Below are positions 1 through 8,743 of a DNA stretch of 56,134 nt, in pieces. The notes beneath the pieces were generated by a model. That model searched no databases. It was given only the letters and a program-made list of their open reading frames with translations, and was not told where the DNA came from. The translations under genes were made by a program, and so were the position numbers. This stretch comes from a virus (lineage: Duplodnaviria; Caudoviricetes): positions 1 through 56,134 of the IMG/VR virus record IMGVR_UViG_3300042923_000318; one strand, given 5' to 3'. Every line of letters starts with the position of its first letter. Position 1 is the stretch's first letter.

Positions 1-2
1 AA

Positions 3-227
3 GGCGGTGACGTAGCTGATGGTTCAGACATGGCTGATATAGATAGCTTATATTTGCTAGGCAGCAATATTGTACTTGATGATACTGCTGATAAGAAAAA
101 AGCATTTAAGCAAGGTTACATTGGTCAAAAAAGATATGTGAGAGCAGTATTTACAGTAGCAGGAACTGTTAACGCTCCAATGTCTGCTATAATTCAGCTT
201 AAAGCTATCCATATGCCTTCGGTTTAA
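3..227 (+). CDS. Capsid decoration/cement-like protein, 5'-truncated by window edge (paralog of 55507..55890)
   Basis: Frame open from base 3; KQGYIGQKRYVR..TVAGTVNAPMS aligns with KIGYRGVKRYVA..TETGTVSAPVS of 55507..55890. Confidence 0.65.
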   Translation, partial: GGDVADGSDMADIDSLYLLGSNIVLDDTADKKKAFKQGYIGQKRYVRAVFTVAGTVNAPMSAIIQLKAIHMPSV

Positions 228-228
228 A

Positions 229-453
229 ATGAAAGTAGTTGCAATAAAGGATTTTAAGTATTCATATAACGGAACAACTGTTATCGAATACTTAAAAGAT
301 CAAATTATAGAAGTTGACAAAATTCACTATGACAAAATGCTGCAAAGCGGATATGCGGCAGATGAAAAGTTAGAAACAAAAGTTGTTGAAGTAGATGAAG
401 TTAAAACCACTACAAAGGCAAGAGGTTTAAAAAGAAATAGTAAAATTGAATAG
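229..453 (+). CDS. Small head-associated protein (paralog of 55893..56126)
   Basis: Between decoration and adaptor genes; last 30 aa nearly identical to 55893..56126. Confidence 0.7.
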   Translation: MKVVAIKDFKYSYNGTTVIEYLKDQIIEVDKIHYDKMLQSGYAADEKLETKVVEVDEVKTTTKARGLKRNSKIE

Positions 454-461
454 TCTCCTTT
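361..461 (+). repeat. 101-bp direct repeat, copy 1 (copy 2 at 56034..56134)
   Basis: Identical except G385 vs A56058. Confidence 0.95.
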
Positions 462-476
462 TGGGGACTATTTTTT
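451..476 (+). terminator. Intrinsic terminator after head genes
   Basis: TAGTCTCC-TTTT-GGGGACTA hairpin followed by T-run. Confidence 0.75.
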
Positions 477-491
477 ATAGGAGGCGCTTAT

Positions 492-1100
492 ATGCTAAAT
501 GAAAATGCTTTATGCAGCATAAACGAACTAAAAGGCTTTATGAATTTAGATATATTTGATACCAGTAAAGATTGGCTTTACGAAGTTTATATAAATGCTG
601 CAAGTGATGCTATAGAAAAAGAAGTAGGAAGATATATTTTAGCTAAAGACTACATTGAAAAGTACGCAGGAACTAACACAAATGAATTAGTTTTAAAACA
701 ACGTCCAGTAAACTCTGTAGAGGCTATAAGCTTTGTAAATAATGGAGAGGTATATTGTACCCTCGAAGAAAATACGTACACTGTAGAGGCTAAAAGCGGT
801 GTTATATACAATGATAATGGGTGGTTTAAGCAAGGCAGTTCAATTTTAATGAGCAGAAAAATAACTTACCCAACCCAACATATAAAAGTTGAATATAATG
901 CAGGATATGCAGAGGCTCCTGGAGATTTAAAATTGATATGTCTGCAAATATGTTCGGATAGTTATACTTTTGATAACAGCGATGCAGGAAAGTTAAAGGC
1001 ATATTCGATAAGCGACGTAAAAGAGGAGTATAGGGACGATGTAAGGTTTTCAGATATGCAACTAAAGACAATTAAAAAGTATAAAGGTATGAGATTCTAA
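492..1100 (+). CDS. Head-tail connector/adaptor (gp6/gp15-like)
   Basis: LCSINELK..AASDAIE..IKVEYNAGY..PGDLK pattern; synteny. Confidence 0.8.
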   Translation: MLNENALCSINELKGFMNLDIFDTSKDWLYEVYINAASDAIEKEVGRYILAKDYIEKYAGTNTNELVLKQRPVNSVEAISFVNNGEVYCTLEENTYTVEAKSGVIYNDNGWFKQGSSILMSRKITYPTQHIKVEYNAGYAEAPGDLKLICLQICSDSYTFDNSDAGKLKAYSISDVKEEYRDDVRFSDMQLKTIKKYKGMRF

Positions 1101-1618
1101 TGGGGATGACAGTGAAGAAAACTGTACAAACGGATAACCTCAAGAATTTGCAACAGATAATCAGAGAATTAAATAATCGGAAAATTAAAGTTGGTATCTT
1201 TGGGAGCGCAGGAAGTAAAATTTTAATGATAGGAATTGTAAATGAGTTTGGATGCCTGATAACTATTACCCCTAAAATGCGGTGGTGGTTACACTATAAT
1301 GGACTACATGTAAAGAAGACAACAACACAAATTCATATACCAGCTAGAAGCTTTATAAGAGCTACAATTAACGAAAAGCAAGACGAGATTAATTCGTTTG
1401 TAAAAACAAATTTAGATTTATTATTTACTTTTCAAATTACTACAAAACAGTTTTTAGATAAAGTCGGACACTATCTTGTTGGATTAACTCAAGAAACCTT
1501 GACAGACTTAAATAGTCCGAAAAACCATCCTTGGACCGTAAAAAGGAAAAAAGGCAAAGATAATCCCTTAATCAACACTGGTCAATTAAGAGAGAGTATA
1601 GTATTTGAAATTGAATAG
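1100..1618 (+). CDS. Neck/tail-completion protein (HK97 gp10/Mu gpG-like)
   Basis: NEFG, IPARSFIR and PLINTGQLRESI motifs. Confidence 0.75.
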   Translation: MGMTVKKTVQTDNLKNLQQIIRELNNRKIKVGIFGSAGSKILMIGIVNEFGCLITITPKMRWWLHYNGLHVKKTTTQIHIPARSFIRATINEKQDEINSFVKTNLDLLFTFQITTKQFLDKVGHYLVGLTQETLTDLNSPKNHPWTVKRKKGKDNPLINTGQLRESIVFEIE

Positions 1619-1620
1619 AG

Positions 1621-1971
1621 GTGATGTGTTTGGACCGAATACTAGAAAAATATAAAAAAGATTTAATCCTAATTACCAAAGGAACTAAAACCTTCAATCG
1701 CGACAAAGGTATATATGAATACAGTGGTGATATAGAAACAGCTTTTAGAGGTGCCATATTACCTCTTTCAGAAAAGGATCTAAAAGCTATTTCAGAAGGC
1801 GGTTATTCAATAGATGATAGAAAACTATATACAAACATAGATTTAGAAAGCAATTCTAAAATAATGGACGGCGATAAAATTTATTCGGTATATGCTGTGA
1901 GAAATTATGATATAGTAGACCCTAGTTTTGAAAGATATTACATGAAAAGAGTTGATAGCATAGATGGTTAA
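1621..1971 (+). CDS. Putative head-closure protein
   Basis: Size and synteny in neck module. Confidence 0.55.
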   Translation: MMCLDRILEKYKKDLILITKGTKTFNRDKGIYEYSGDIETAFRGAILPLSEKDLKAISEGGYSIDDRKLYTNIDLESNSKIMDGDKIYSVYAVRNYDIVDPSFERYYMKRVDSIDG

Positions 1972-2491
1972 CGTAAATTCGATATGGGAAGAACTTATTA
2001 AACAACTCAACGGAATAAGTAATGCCTACACTTTTATTAAATCCAATATTCTGCATGACATACCGCCTTATCCTTATGTCACTGTAATGCCTTTAACGCC
2101 TTATAGGCGCGACAAAGATATGTTAAGAGGCACAATCACTCATGAGAACGTAACAGACCCTACAAAGGTCAAAATCGTTAAGACGGAGAATCCTAAAATG
2201 ATATTTTCATTTAATTGCTATAGTGATAATCTACCAGAGGTTTTTGATGTTCTGAAAGCCACTACCGAATATTTAACTTTTATCGGACAGCAAGAGCTTA
2301 GCGATAATGGTATAATAGTGTTAGAATGTGAGCAAATAAACGACCGAACAAGCTTTATGGAAGTAGATTACAAATATTGCTGGGGGTTTGATTGCACTAT
2401 TCGGGTAAGCGATATTGTGACAATGAATGTTGACTCGATTGGAAGTATTGAAGCTATCGACCAAACGAGTGGCGAAATAATTGAAATGTAG
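1964..2491 (+). CDS. Putative tail/neck terminator protein
   Basis: Directly upstream of sheath; PPYPYVT motif. Confidence 0.6.
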   Translation: MVNVNSIWEELIKQLNGISNAYTFIKSNILHDIPPYPYVTVMPLTPYRRDKDMLRGTITHENVTDPTKVKIVKTENPKMIFSFNCYSDNLPEVFDVLKATTEYLTFIGQQELSDNGIIVLECEQINDRTSFMEVDYKYCWGFDCTIRVSDIVTMNVDSIGSIEAIDQTSGEIIEM

Positions 2492-2507
2492 AGGGAGGTA
2501 AATAGAA

Positions 2508-3539
2508 ATGACTGATATAAATGTATCTATAACAGATGCAACGCAGCTTGTTAGTGAAGCAGGATTTGGATTGCCGCTAATAGTTGGAACTGCTGCAGCA
2601 CATGCGTATGAGGAGTATGATATTAGCTCTAATTTAACCGCAGTGGTAGCGGATTATGCAGACACTACAGAGGTTTATAAAATTGCTGCTGCGATTGCAG
2701 GGCAAAGTCCAAGACCTCAAAAATTAGCTATATTTGGCTTAGATATTAGCTCAAGCTCAACTAAGCCTGCTGATGTAACCGCGGCATTAAATACTCTTAT
2801 AACAACAAATAACAATTGGTATAGATTATTGCTAGAGGATAAGACGGAGGCAGTTATTGCCGCTGTATCAACATGGGCAGAAAACAATAATAAGATGTTT
2901 TATACAGAGTTTGCAAATACTACTTTTACTACAGATTTTTCATCAAAAAACAGGACTGTGTTAGGTTACAAAGAAAATACAGATAGATTAGATGCTGCAA
3001 TTGTTGGTTATGCATCTAGCAGAATACCAGGAAGCTTTACTTTCAAATTTAAAAATCTTGCAGGAATGACAGCGGATGCAATAACCCCTACAGAGTTAAC
3101 TGCTATTCAAACCAAGAAAATGAATTCTTATTTCAAGAAATTTGAAGTTCAAGGACTTGGGAATGCACAGCTTGACGGTGGTTGGGTTGCAAGCGGTAAA
3201 TTCATAGATCAGATAGAGAGTAGAGATTGGATAAAGTTTAGAATAGAGCAAGAAATAGCAACGCTATTAACCTCTACTGCTAAAATACCTTACACAAACG
3301 CAGGAATACAACAAATAGTTACTGCAATATCAGCAGCTTTAACAGATGCTACTGCAAATGGAATTATAGCCACAAACGATGATGGCAGCGCAGCTTATGT
3401 TGTTGCTTATAAGACAGTAAGCGAAATTCCAACAGCTGATAGAACGGCTAGGAAAGTAACAGGAATAACATTTAGCTATGTTGAAGCAGGAGCAATTCAC
3501 GAAACAACTGTAACTGGCGCAGTTGTATTAAATCTATAA
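2508..3539 (+). CDS. Tail sheath protein (DUF3383-like)
   Basis: GFGLPLI, FKFKNLAG, GKFID, KIPYTNAGI and AGAIH motifs. Confidence 0.85.
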   Translation: MTDINVSITDATQLVSEAGFGLPLIVGTAAAHAYEEYDISSNLTAVVADYADTTEVYKIAAAIAGQSPRPQKLAIFGLDISSSSTKPADVTAALNTLITTNNNWYRLLLEDKTEAVIAAVSTWAENNNKMFYTEFANTTFTTDFSSKNRTVLGYKENTDRLDAAIVGYASSRIPGSFTFKFKNLAGMTADAITPTELTAIQTKKMNSYFKKFEVQGLGNAQLDGGWVASGKFIDQIESRDWIKFRIEQEIATLLTSTAKIPYTNAGIQQIVTAISAALTDATANGIIATNDDGSAAYVVAYKTVSEIPTADRTARKVTGITFSYVEAGAIHETTVTGAVVLNL

Positions 3540-3553
3540 TGGGGGTGTAAAAT

Positions 3554-3964
3554 ATGAATTATTCTTTTCAAGATGTTAACCTTTTAATAAGATCAAGTTT
3601 AGGAAGCCATTTTGTGACAGGCTTTAGCAATGGGAGCACAATTACTGCAGCTAGAAACAGCGACAAATATACACCTCATGTCGGAGCAAAAGGGGATACT
3701 ACATATGCTAAAACTAATGATAACAGTGGAACTATTGTATTTACTTTAAAGCACGATAGCCCTAGCAATAAAATTTTGTACCAACTTGCTGCAAGTGATG
3801 ATTCTTTCTTTGCGCAAATCGTTGATGGTAATGATATATCTAGATCAAAAGCAGGAGGCGGCGAATGCGTAATCATGAAGCCTGCTGATTATGCAAGAGG
3901 CACAGAAATTGCAGAACAGGAATGGACTATTTCAATACCTAATTTAGATATGAAGTACGAATAA
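3554..3964 (+). CDS. Tail tube protein (DUF3277-like)
   Basis: YSFQDV..GAKGD..SGTIVFTL..SPSN..EWTI pattern; follows sheath. Confidence 0.85.
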   Translation: MNYSFQDVNLLIRSSLGSHFVTGFSNGSTITAARNSDKYTPHVGAKGDTTYAKTNDNSGTIVFTLKHDSPSNKILYQLAASDDSFFAQIVDGNDISRSKAGGGECVIMKPADYARGTEIAEQEWTISIPNLDMKYE

Positions 3965-3987
3965 AATAAATTAATCGGAGGGAATTT

Positions 3988-4338
3988 ATGTTAAATACAA
4001 CATTTGATTTATTATTAGAAAAAGATGGAGAAAAGCAAATTGTTAAAGTAACAGTGCAAGAAATTAATCCTTTTCGTTTATCTGATGTGATGACCTCTGC
4101 ATTAAATGTGCAGAATATGCAATATCAAGTAGGAACTTTAGCGGAAAAGTTTATAGAAAACATTGTAATAAGTCCTAAAGATTTAAAGCAAAGGATTGAA
4201 GATGCGGACAATGCGCAGCAAGCTATAACAGATTTTGTTATAGAAGTTAGGTCGTTTTGTGACAACTCAAAAAGATATTGCTTATTACAAACAGAAGGCA
4301 AAAATAAATTTAAGGACTTGGAGCCTAGTAATTCCTAA
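3988..4338 (+). CDS. Tail assembly chaperone
   Basis: Follows tube gene; overlapped by a second ORF in the +1 frame. Confidence 0.65.
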   Translation: MLNTTFDLLLEKDGEKQIVKVTVQEINPFRLSDVMTSALNVQNMQYQVGTLAEKFIENIVISPKDLKQRIEDADNAQQAITDFVIEVRSFCDNSKRYCLLQTEGKNKFKDLEPSNS

Positions 4339-4447
4339 TTTAACATATACAGAAATGCAAACAATGAATACGGAAGAGTATTACACTATGCTTGCTGCAT
4401 CCGAGTTAATTGAGGAAGAAATGGAAAAGCAAAGAAATAAAAAGTAA
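4259..4447 (+). CDS. Tail assembly chaperone extension (probable frameshift product)
   Basis: No clear RBS; overlaps the 3' end of 3988..4338; LTYTEMQTMNTEEY-type tail. Confidence 0.55.
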   Translation: MTTQKDIAYYKQKAKINLRTWSLVIPNLTYTEMQTMNTEEYYTMLAASELIEEEMEKQRNKK

Positions 4448-4475
4448 GAGGGTAAAATTATCCTCTTTTCTTTTA
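4446..4475 (+). terminator. Intrinsic terminator ending the neck/sheath/tube unit
   Basis: AAGAGGGTAA/TTATCCTCTT stem plus T-rich tail. Confidence 0.7.
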
Positions 4476-4522
4476 TTTTGTAAATATGTTATAATGTACT
4501 TATTAATTTTTGGAGGGATTTT

Positions 4523-5230
4523 ATGGATAATAAAATAAGGTTTTATAATAAAGAATGGTTTATGTGGCTTACTCTTGTTTTTATTGCACCTATTGGAATT
4601 TTTCTATTATGGAAAAACGGTAAAGTTAATCCAAAAATAAAGCCTGTTTTGAGCATAGTTTCTATTTGCTTATTTTTATCAGCCTTAACGGCTAATAATA
4701 AAGATACAACAAATGCTGTAACGCCAATAAATAATAGCAGTAAGCAAGTAATAAACGAACCTATTGAAACTAAAAATAATGAACCTAAGTTTGACTTTAC
4801 TAATGCAGATCTAACAAAAGAAAATATACAAAAAGCTGTAGAGCCAGTATTGAAAAAAGGAACACTTGCTAGTGTTGATTACATAATCGAGAAAGAAAAG
4901 AATATTATTGATGTTTTTGTTGATCCAGGAACTACTTGGGATGAAAAATCTTTAGTCAAAAGTAATGCAGTTGATGCTGTAGCAGTTATGGAAATATTAT
5001 TTAAAAATCCTAAAGTTGATAAAGTTTGGTTATGGACAAAAACAGACATGACAGACCCTAAAGGAAATACAACAAAGGAAGATGTTGTAAATGTCTCGCT
5101 AACAAAAGAAAATGCAAAAGACATAAATTGGGCAAAATTTAAAGATATGGTTTACTTGGATTACAATAAATTATATAATATAGCTGATAGTTTCTTTATT
5201 CATCCAGGTATAAAAAAGAATTTAAAATAA
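4523..5230 (+). CDS. Membrane-anchored protein (moron; superinfection-exclusion candidate)
   Basis: Two N-terminal hydrophobic helices (FYNKEWF..PIGIFLLW), low-complexity linker, own TGTTATAAT promoter (4487-4495) and terminator (~5233-5254). Confidence 0.7.
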   Translation: MDNKIRFYNKEWFMWLTLVFIAPIGIFLLWKNGKVNPKIKPVLSIVSICLFLSALTANNKDTTNAVTPINNSSKQVINEPIETKNNEPKFDFTNADLTKENIQKAVEPVLKKGTLASVDYIIEKEKNIIDVFVDPGTTWDEKSLVKSNAVDAVAVMEILFKNPKVDKVWLWTKTDMTDPKGNTTKEDVVNVSLTKENAKDINWAKFKDMVYLDYNKLYNIADSFFIHPGIKKNLK

Positions 5231-5285
5231 TTAAAGAGCGGTCACCCACTCTTTACAAATAAAATTAATGTGTTATAATGTACAT

Positions 5286-5326
5286 AAGTTAGTTTGATGA
5301 CACCTCGCCAAAGGTGTTATTTTTTT
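5286..5326 (+). ncRNA. Candidate ~40-nt OOP-like small RNA convergent with the antirepressor operon
   Basis: TTTACA(5252)-16 bp-TATAAT(5274) with TG extension, then ATGACACCT-CGCCAA-AGGTGTTAT hairpin and T-run; no ORF. Confidence 0.45.
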
Positions 5327-6083
5327 ATACTCCATATTTGATAGCCATTTCTTTGACTATTGTTATATAAATTTCTCTTAAGCGAGGCTCATTTTCTAAA
5401 ACGTCTAATATGTTAATTTTATCAATTTTGTTTTTAGCCATTCCGTTCTTTGCCGCCCTCTCCTTAAGATTTAGTATTAAAACACTTGGGCGGCATTTGC
5501 CACGCTCTTTTAATGCGTTGTAAGCTTCATCTTTTGGCTTTTGGTAATCTTCAAGTTTCATGCCTATTTTGCTCAATATTTTATTAGTCTCTTTTCTCCA
5601 TTCTGCTTGAGGATTTATTAATATAACTTCTCTTATGGTTTGAATTTCTTGCTTAGTTTCTTGAAATATTTCTGTCATTTGTTTATTGTATATTTCCTGT
5701 TCTGCTATAGATTGGCTAAGCTTAAGAATTAATTGCGTTTCTAGACTTAATTTGGTAGTATCAATAGACGACTTTTTAAGTTTTTCTTCACAGTTGATAA
5801 AATAATTTCTATACTCATGTGATTTTTCTGTTCGTGCCATCATAGCTATATGTTTTGCAAATTCTAAAGATATTGCAAAATCCATTGTTTCATTACCTTC
5901 CGCATTGTGCGGAACCCCTATCCAATCAATGTTTTCACTAAAATATTCGTTTTTCTCAACATTAGTTACGTACCACCTGGACCAGTCTGCTTTTCTCAAT
6001 CCTAATCCTAAATATAATTCTTTTGCGCCAACTAATTGTTTACCATCTTTTTCAGTTATCTTTATTAAATCATTCATCTGCAT
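5325..6083 (-). CDS. AntA/AntB-family antirepressor
   Basis: QLVGAKELY..WSRW..DFAISLEFAKHIAMM..YRNYFINCE N-terminal domain. Confidence 0.85.
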   Translation of the reverse strand: MQMNDLIKITEKDGKQLVGAKELYLGLGLRKADWSRWYVTNVEKNEYFSENIDWIGVPHNAEGNETMDFAISLEFAKHIAMMARTEKSHEYRNYFINCEEKLKKSSIDTTKLSLETQLILKLSQSIAEQEIYNKQMTEIFQETKQEIQTIREVILINPQAEWRKETNKILSKIGMKLEDYQKPKDEAYNALKERGKCRPSVLILNLKERAAKNGMAKNKIDKINILDVLENEPRLREIYITIVKEMAIKYGV

Positions 6084-6099
6084 TCCTCCTGTTAAAATA

Positions 6100-6486
6100 T
6101 TAATCTACTAACTTTAGCAAAGCATCAAATAAAGGTTTATGCTCTTGCAAAATCTCGTTTAGCAAAGCTTCATCGTAATGAGCTATATAGTTGTAACTTC
6201 TTTCAAAAGCTATTTGACTATCTTTACCTATTAGAAAATAGTATCCGGCTCTTTTTCTCAATGTTATATCTAAAACAGACTTGCCATACTCAGGTTTATC
6301 TTTATAGTAATAACATTCAACTCTATTCCAACTTGTACAATCTCCATGAGCGCAATAAGTATTTGAATTATCTTTTCTCCTGCCGTCAAACTTTCTTACA
6401 CCAATACTTTCCATGTAGTTTTTAAATATTTCTGCCAATTGCTTAGTTTCGCAAACGTCTAATATTTTAAATAATTTATCTTTCAT
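6100..6486 (-). CDS. Hypothetical protein
   Basis: 128-aa ORF with AGGAG RBS in leftward operon. Confidence 0.65.
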   Translation of the reverse strand: MKDKLFKILDVCETKQLAEIFKNYMESIGVRKFDGRRKDNSNTYCAHGDCTSWNRVECYYYKDKPEYGKSVLDITLRKRAGYYFLIGKDSQIAFERSYNYIAHYDEALLNEILQEHKPLFDALLKLVD

Positions 6487-6499
6487 GATGGCTCCTTTC

Positions 6500-6838
6500 T
6501 TATAATGTTAATCCGGTATTATTTAGCTTTTTTACAAGGTCGTTTAATTTGTCATCTTTCTTTTGCGCCTTAGTTCTATTGTCATGCACCCAATAATCGC
6601 AATTATTAAGCGGCGTTTTGTCCGTAGGTAAGTCTGGAACTTCTTTGCATACAATATATTCTTGTCTCCCAAACCCATAATCATCACTCGTATCGTCAAA
6701 TCCATCAAAGAAAATACAAGTTAAGCAAGTTTTCAATAATGGATTCTTCCAGCAAATATGCTCATGTTTGATACAGTTAACTTCTCTTATATATTCTCTT
6801 TTGCAATGGTCACATTTATATTTAGTTATCTTTTTCAT
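6500..6838 (-). CDS. Cys-rich putative zinc-binding protein
   Basis: CDHC..HE.IC..CLTC; AGGAG RBS. Confidence 0.65.
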   Translation of the reverse strand: MKKITKYKCDHCKREYIREVNCIKHEHICWKNPLLKTCLTCIFFDGFDDTSDDYGFGRQEYIVCKEVPDLPTDKTPLNNCDYWVHDNRTKAQKKDDKLNDLVKKLNNTGLTL

Positions 6839-6850
6839 GGTATCTCCTTT

Positions 6851-7045
6851 CTATTTTGTTTTATAAATTATTAAAGCACCGCTAAATTCTTGAGCACTAT
6901 ATCCATTTGATGATTCTGCTTGAAAAACTCCTACCGAATACTTAATATCAATAATTTCTAACTTACCATCATTTTCTTTTAACCATTTATTGATTTCATA
7001 GTCTTGCCCTTCTTGATAATTTAAAAATTCTTTTACTTGTATCAT
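6851..7045 (-). CDS. Sporulation protein Cse60 (DUF2758)-like small protein
   Basis: MIQVKEF..INKWL..IIDIKYSV..ALIIY pattern. Confidence 0.6.
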   Translation of the reverse strand: MIQVKEFLNYQEGQDYEINKWLKENDGKLEIIDIKYSVGVFQAESSNGYSAQEFSGALIIYKTK

Positions 7046-7056
7046 GATTTCACCTC

Positions 7057-7218
7057 TTATTTTTTATTTTGCTTGTCAATATATTCTTGTAACGCATCCC
7101 TAATATGTTCAGCTTGAGTTTTGCCATCTCTGCCACTCGATTTAGCTCCAACAGTTATGCTATTGTCTATAAGCCAGTCTCTTTGTTCTTTTGTCAGATA
7201 CACTTGAGTTCTTTCCAC
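7057..7218 (-). CDS. Ribbon-helix-helix (CopG-like) regulator, 53 aa (not in ORF track)
   Basis: GTG start after GGGGGTG RBS; MERTQVYLTKEQ..KTQAEHIRDALQEYI. Confidence 0.7.
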   Translation of the reverse strand: MERTQVYLTKEQRDWLIDNSITVGAKSSGRDGKTQAEHIRDALQEYIDKQNKK

Positions 7219-7441
7219 TGTATCACCCCCTTATATACATTATAATTAAACAACATATATTTGTCAATTAATATCGTACATAATAACAAATATCTTACAT
7301 AAAAAATTCGTTGACAGTTTACAAAAATGGTGGTAATATTCAATTGTCCAATGTTGTCTAGAAAAAGCATATAATATGTATTGACAATGGATAAATTTAA
7401 CCCTATAATGGTAAATGTAGGGTGAGCAAGGAGGTTAACCA

Positions 7442-7606
7442 ATGGAATTTAAGACTAAAAAAGAAATTGCAGAAGAATTAAAATGCAGTGAAAAAACTGT
7501 TGACAGGCTAAGAAAGGAGGGACTGCCAAGCTATAATCTAGGCGGAAAATTACTTTTTGAAAAACAAGAAGTTTTTGACTGGATAATAAAAAACAAAAAA
7601 TCATAA
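7442..7606 (+). CDS. Excisionase-like HTH protein, 54 aa (not in ORF track)
   Basis: AAGGAGG RBS; MEFKTKKEIAEELKCSEKTVDRLRKEGLPSYNLGGKLLFEKQEVFDWI. Confidence 0.75.
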   Translation: MEFKTKKEIAEELKCSEKTVDRLRKEGLPSYNLGGKLLFEKQEVFDWIIKNKKS

Positions 7607-7663
7607 TAAAAGCCCCCTCAAGATTACTCTACAAGGGAGCTAGATACTATTAAGTACCCAAAC
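7607..7663 (-). ncRNA. Candidate antisense RNA to the leader of the Bro-N antirepressor unit
   Basis: Minus-strand TTGATT(7698-7693)-17 bp-TACAAT(7675-7670) with TG extension; terminator hairpin 7611-7641 plus U-run. Confidence 0.5.
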
Positions 7664-7712
7664 ATACTTATTGTATCATACTCCTACAAAGAAATCAAAT
7701 TGGAGGCACTTT

Positions 7713-7847
7713 ATGAAAATTAAATTTACCAACCAACAAGCTATGAACAAGAGATTTACCGAAACAATGGCAAAGCTTACCTTAAGGCTCATGGAAGAAA
7801 AATCTTATATTTTATATCCGCTAGAAACAAATAAAAAGAGTGCATAG
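7713..7847 (+). CDS. Small hypothetical protein, 44 aa (MKIKFT.., resembles the post-Cro ORF at 25289)
   Basis: GGAGG RBS; similar start and position after an HTH gene. Confidence 0.5.
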   Translation: MKIKFTNQQAMNKRFTETMAKLTLRLMEEKSYILYPLETNKKSA

Positions 7848-7858
7848 GAGTGTGTATT

Positions 7859-8698
7859 ATGGAAAATAAAATTGAAGTTTACAAAAATGAGGAATTAGGA
7901 CAAATAAAGATTGCTTTTCTTAACAAAGAATTAGTGTTCAATTTATATGATGCAAGCTTTAACTTAGGCTATGTAAAAACTGCAAAGGGAAATTTATATT
8001 TGAGAAAAGATTTAATTGAAACAATATGCTTAAGCCTTGATATAACAGGGTTGTCACTTACTGACAACTTGCAAATACCTATTACTAAAGAATCTGACTT
8101 TGAAAACACATGGATAAACGAGCAATCTTTTTATGATCTATGCTTTGAGAGTAAAGCCAAAAACGCAAGAGCTTTCCGCAGATGGGTAACAGGTGAGGTT
8201 TTACCGTCTATCCGTGCCACTGGCAGTTATATCGCAAATAAAGCCTATACAGAGGCTTGTGCATCTACTACAGTACAAGACATCAAAATAATAGACGTTG
8301 CCCTCTCTACAGTCCTTAAAGTAATGACAGAGGCGCAAATAAATCCAATGAGCAAGTTAATGGCTGTAAAAGAGTTTTATCATAGGATAGGCTTGGAAAT
8401 ACCGACTGGAGCTGATGAAAAAGAAAAGTTTTATGATGTAGCAGAATTAGCACAAATGTGCGGCGTTTATTACAAGAATGGTTATCCTGCAAAAGATGCC
8501 ATTGCATGTGTGCTTAGGAGCCTAGATATTAAGCCGAGCGAGAAATTAGAAAGTCTTGAGAATGGCAAGAAAGTAACTAAATATTCAGAATCAGCAATGA
8601 TTAAAATTGCGGAATGGTTTGTCTACAGAACATTCCCGAAAATAGTTCATGCGACAGGTGTAGATTATGAGGTAATATATAATTCTCCTAAATCATAA
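7859..8698 (+). CDS. Bro-N domain antirepressor-like protein
   Basis: FYDLCFES..ARAFRRWVTGEVLPSIRATGSY Bro-N signature. Confidence 0.85.
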   Translation: MENKIEVYKNEELGQIKIAFLNKELVFNLYDASFNLGYVKTAKGNLYLRKDLIETICLSLDITGLSLTDNLQIPITKESDFENTWINEQSFYDLCFESKAKNARAFRRWVTGEVLPSIRATGSYIANKAYTEACASTTVQDIKIIDVALSTVLKVMTEAQINPMSKLMAVKEFYHRIGLEIPTGADEKEKFYDVAELAQMCGVYYKNGYPAKDAIACVLRSLDIKPSEKLESLENGKKVTKYSESAMIKIAEWFVYRTFPKIVHATGVDYEVIYNSPKS

Positions 8699-8703
8699 AA
8701 AAG

Positions 8704-8723
8704 AGGCGGTTAAAAAACCGCCT
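8704..8723. terminator. Hairpin terminator between convergent genes
   Basis: AGGCGGTT-AAAA-AACCGCCT with A-run on the left. Confidence 0.65.
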
Positions 8724-8743
8724 TATGTAATGCTTGTACTGTT

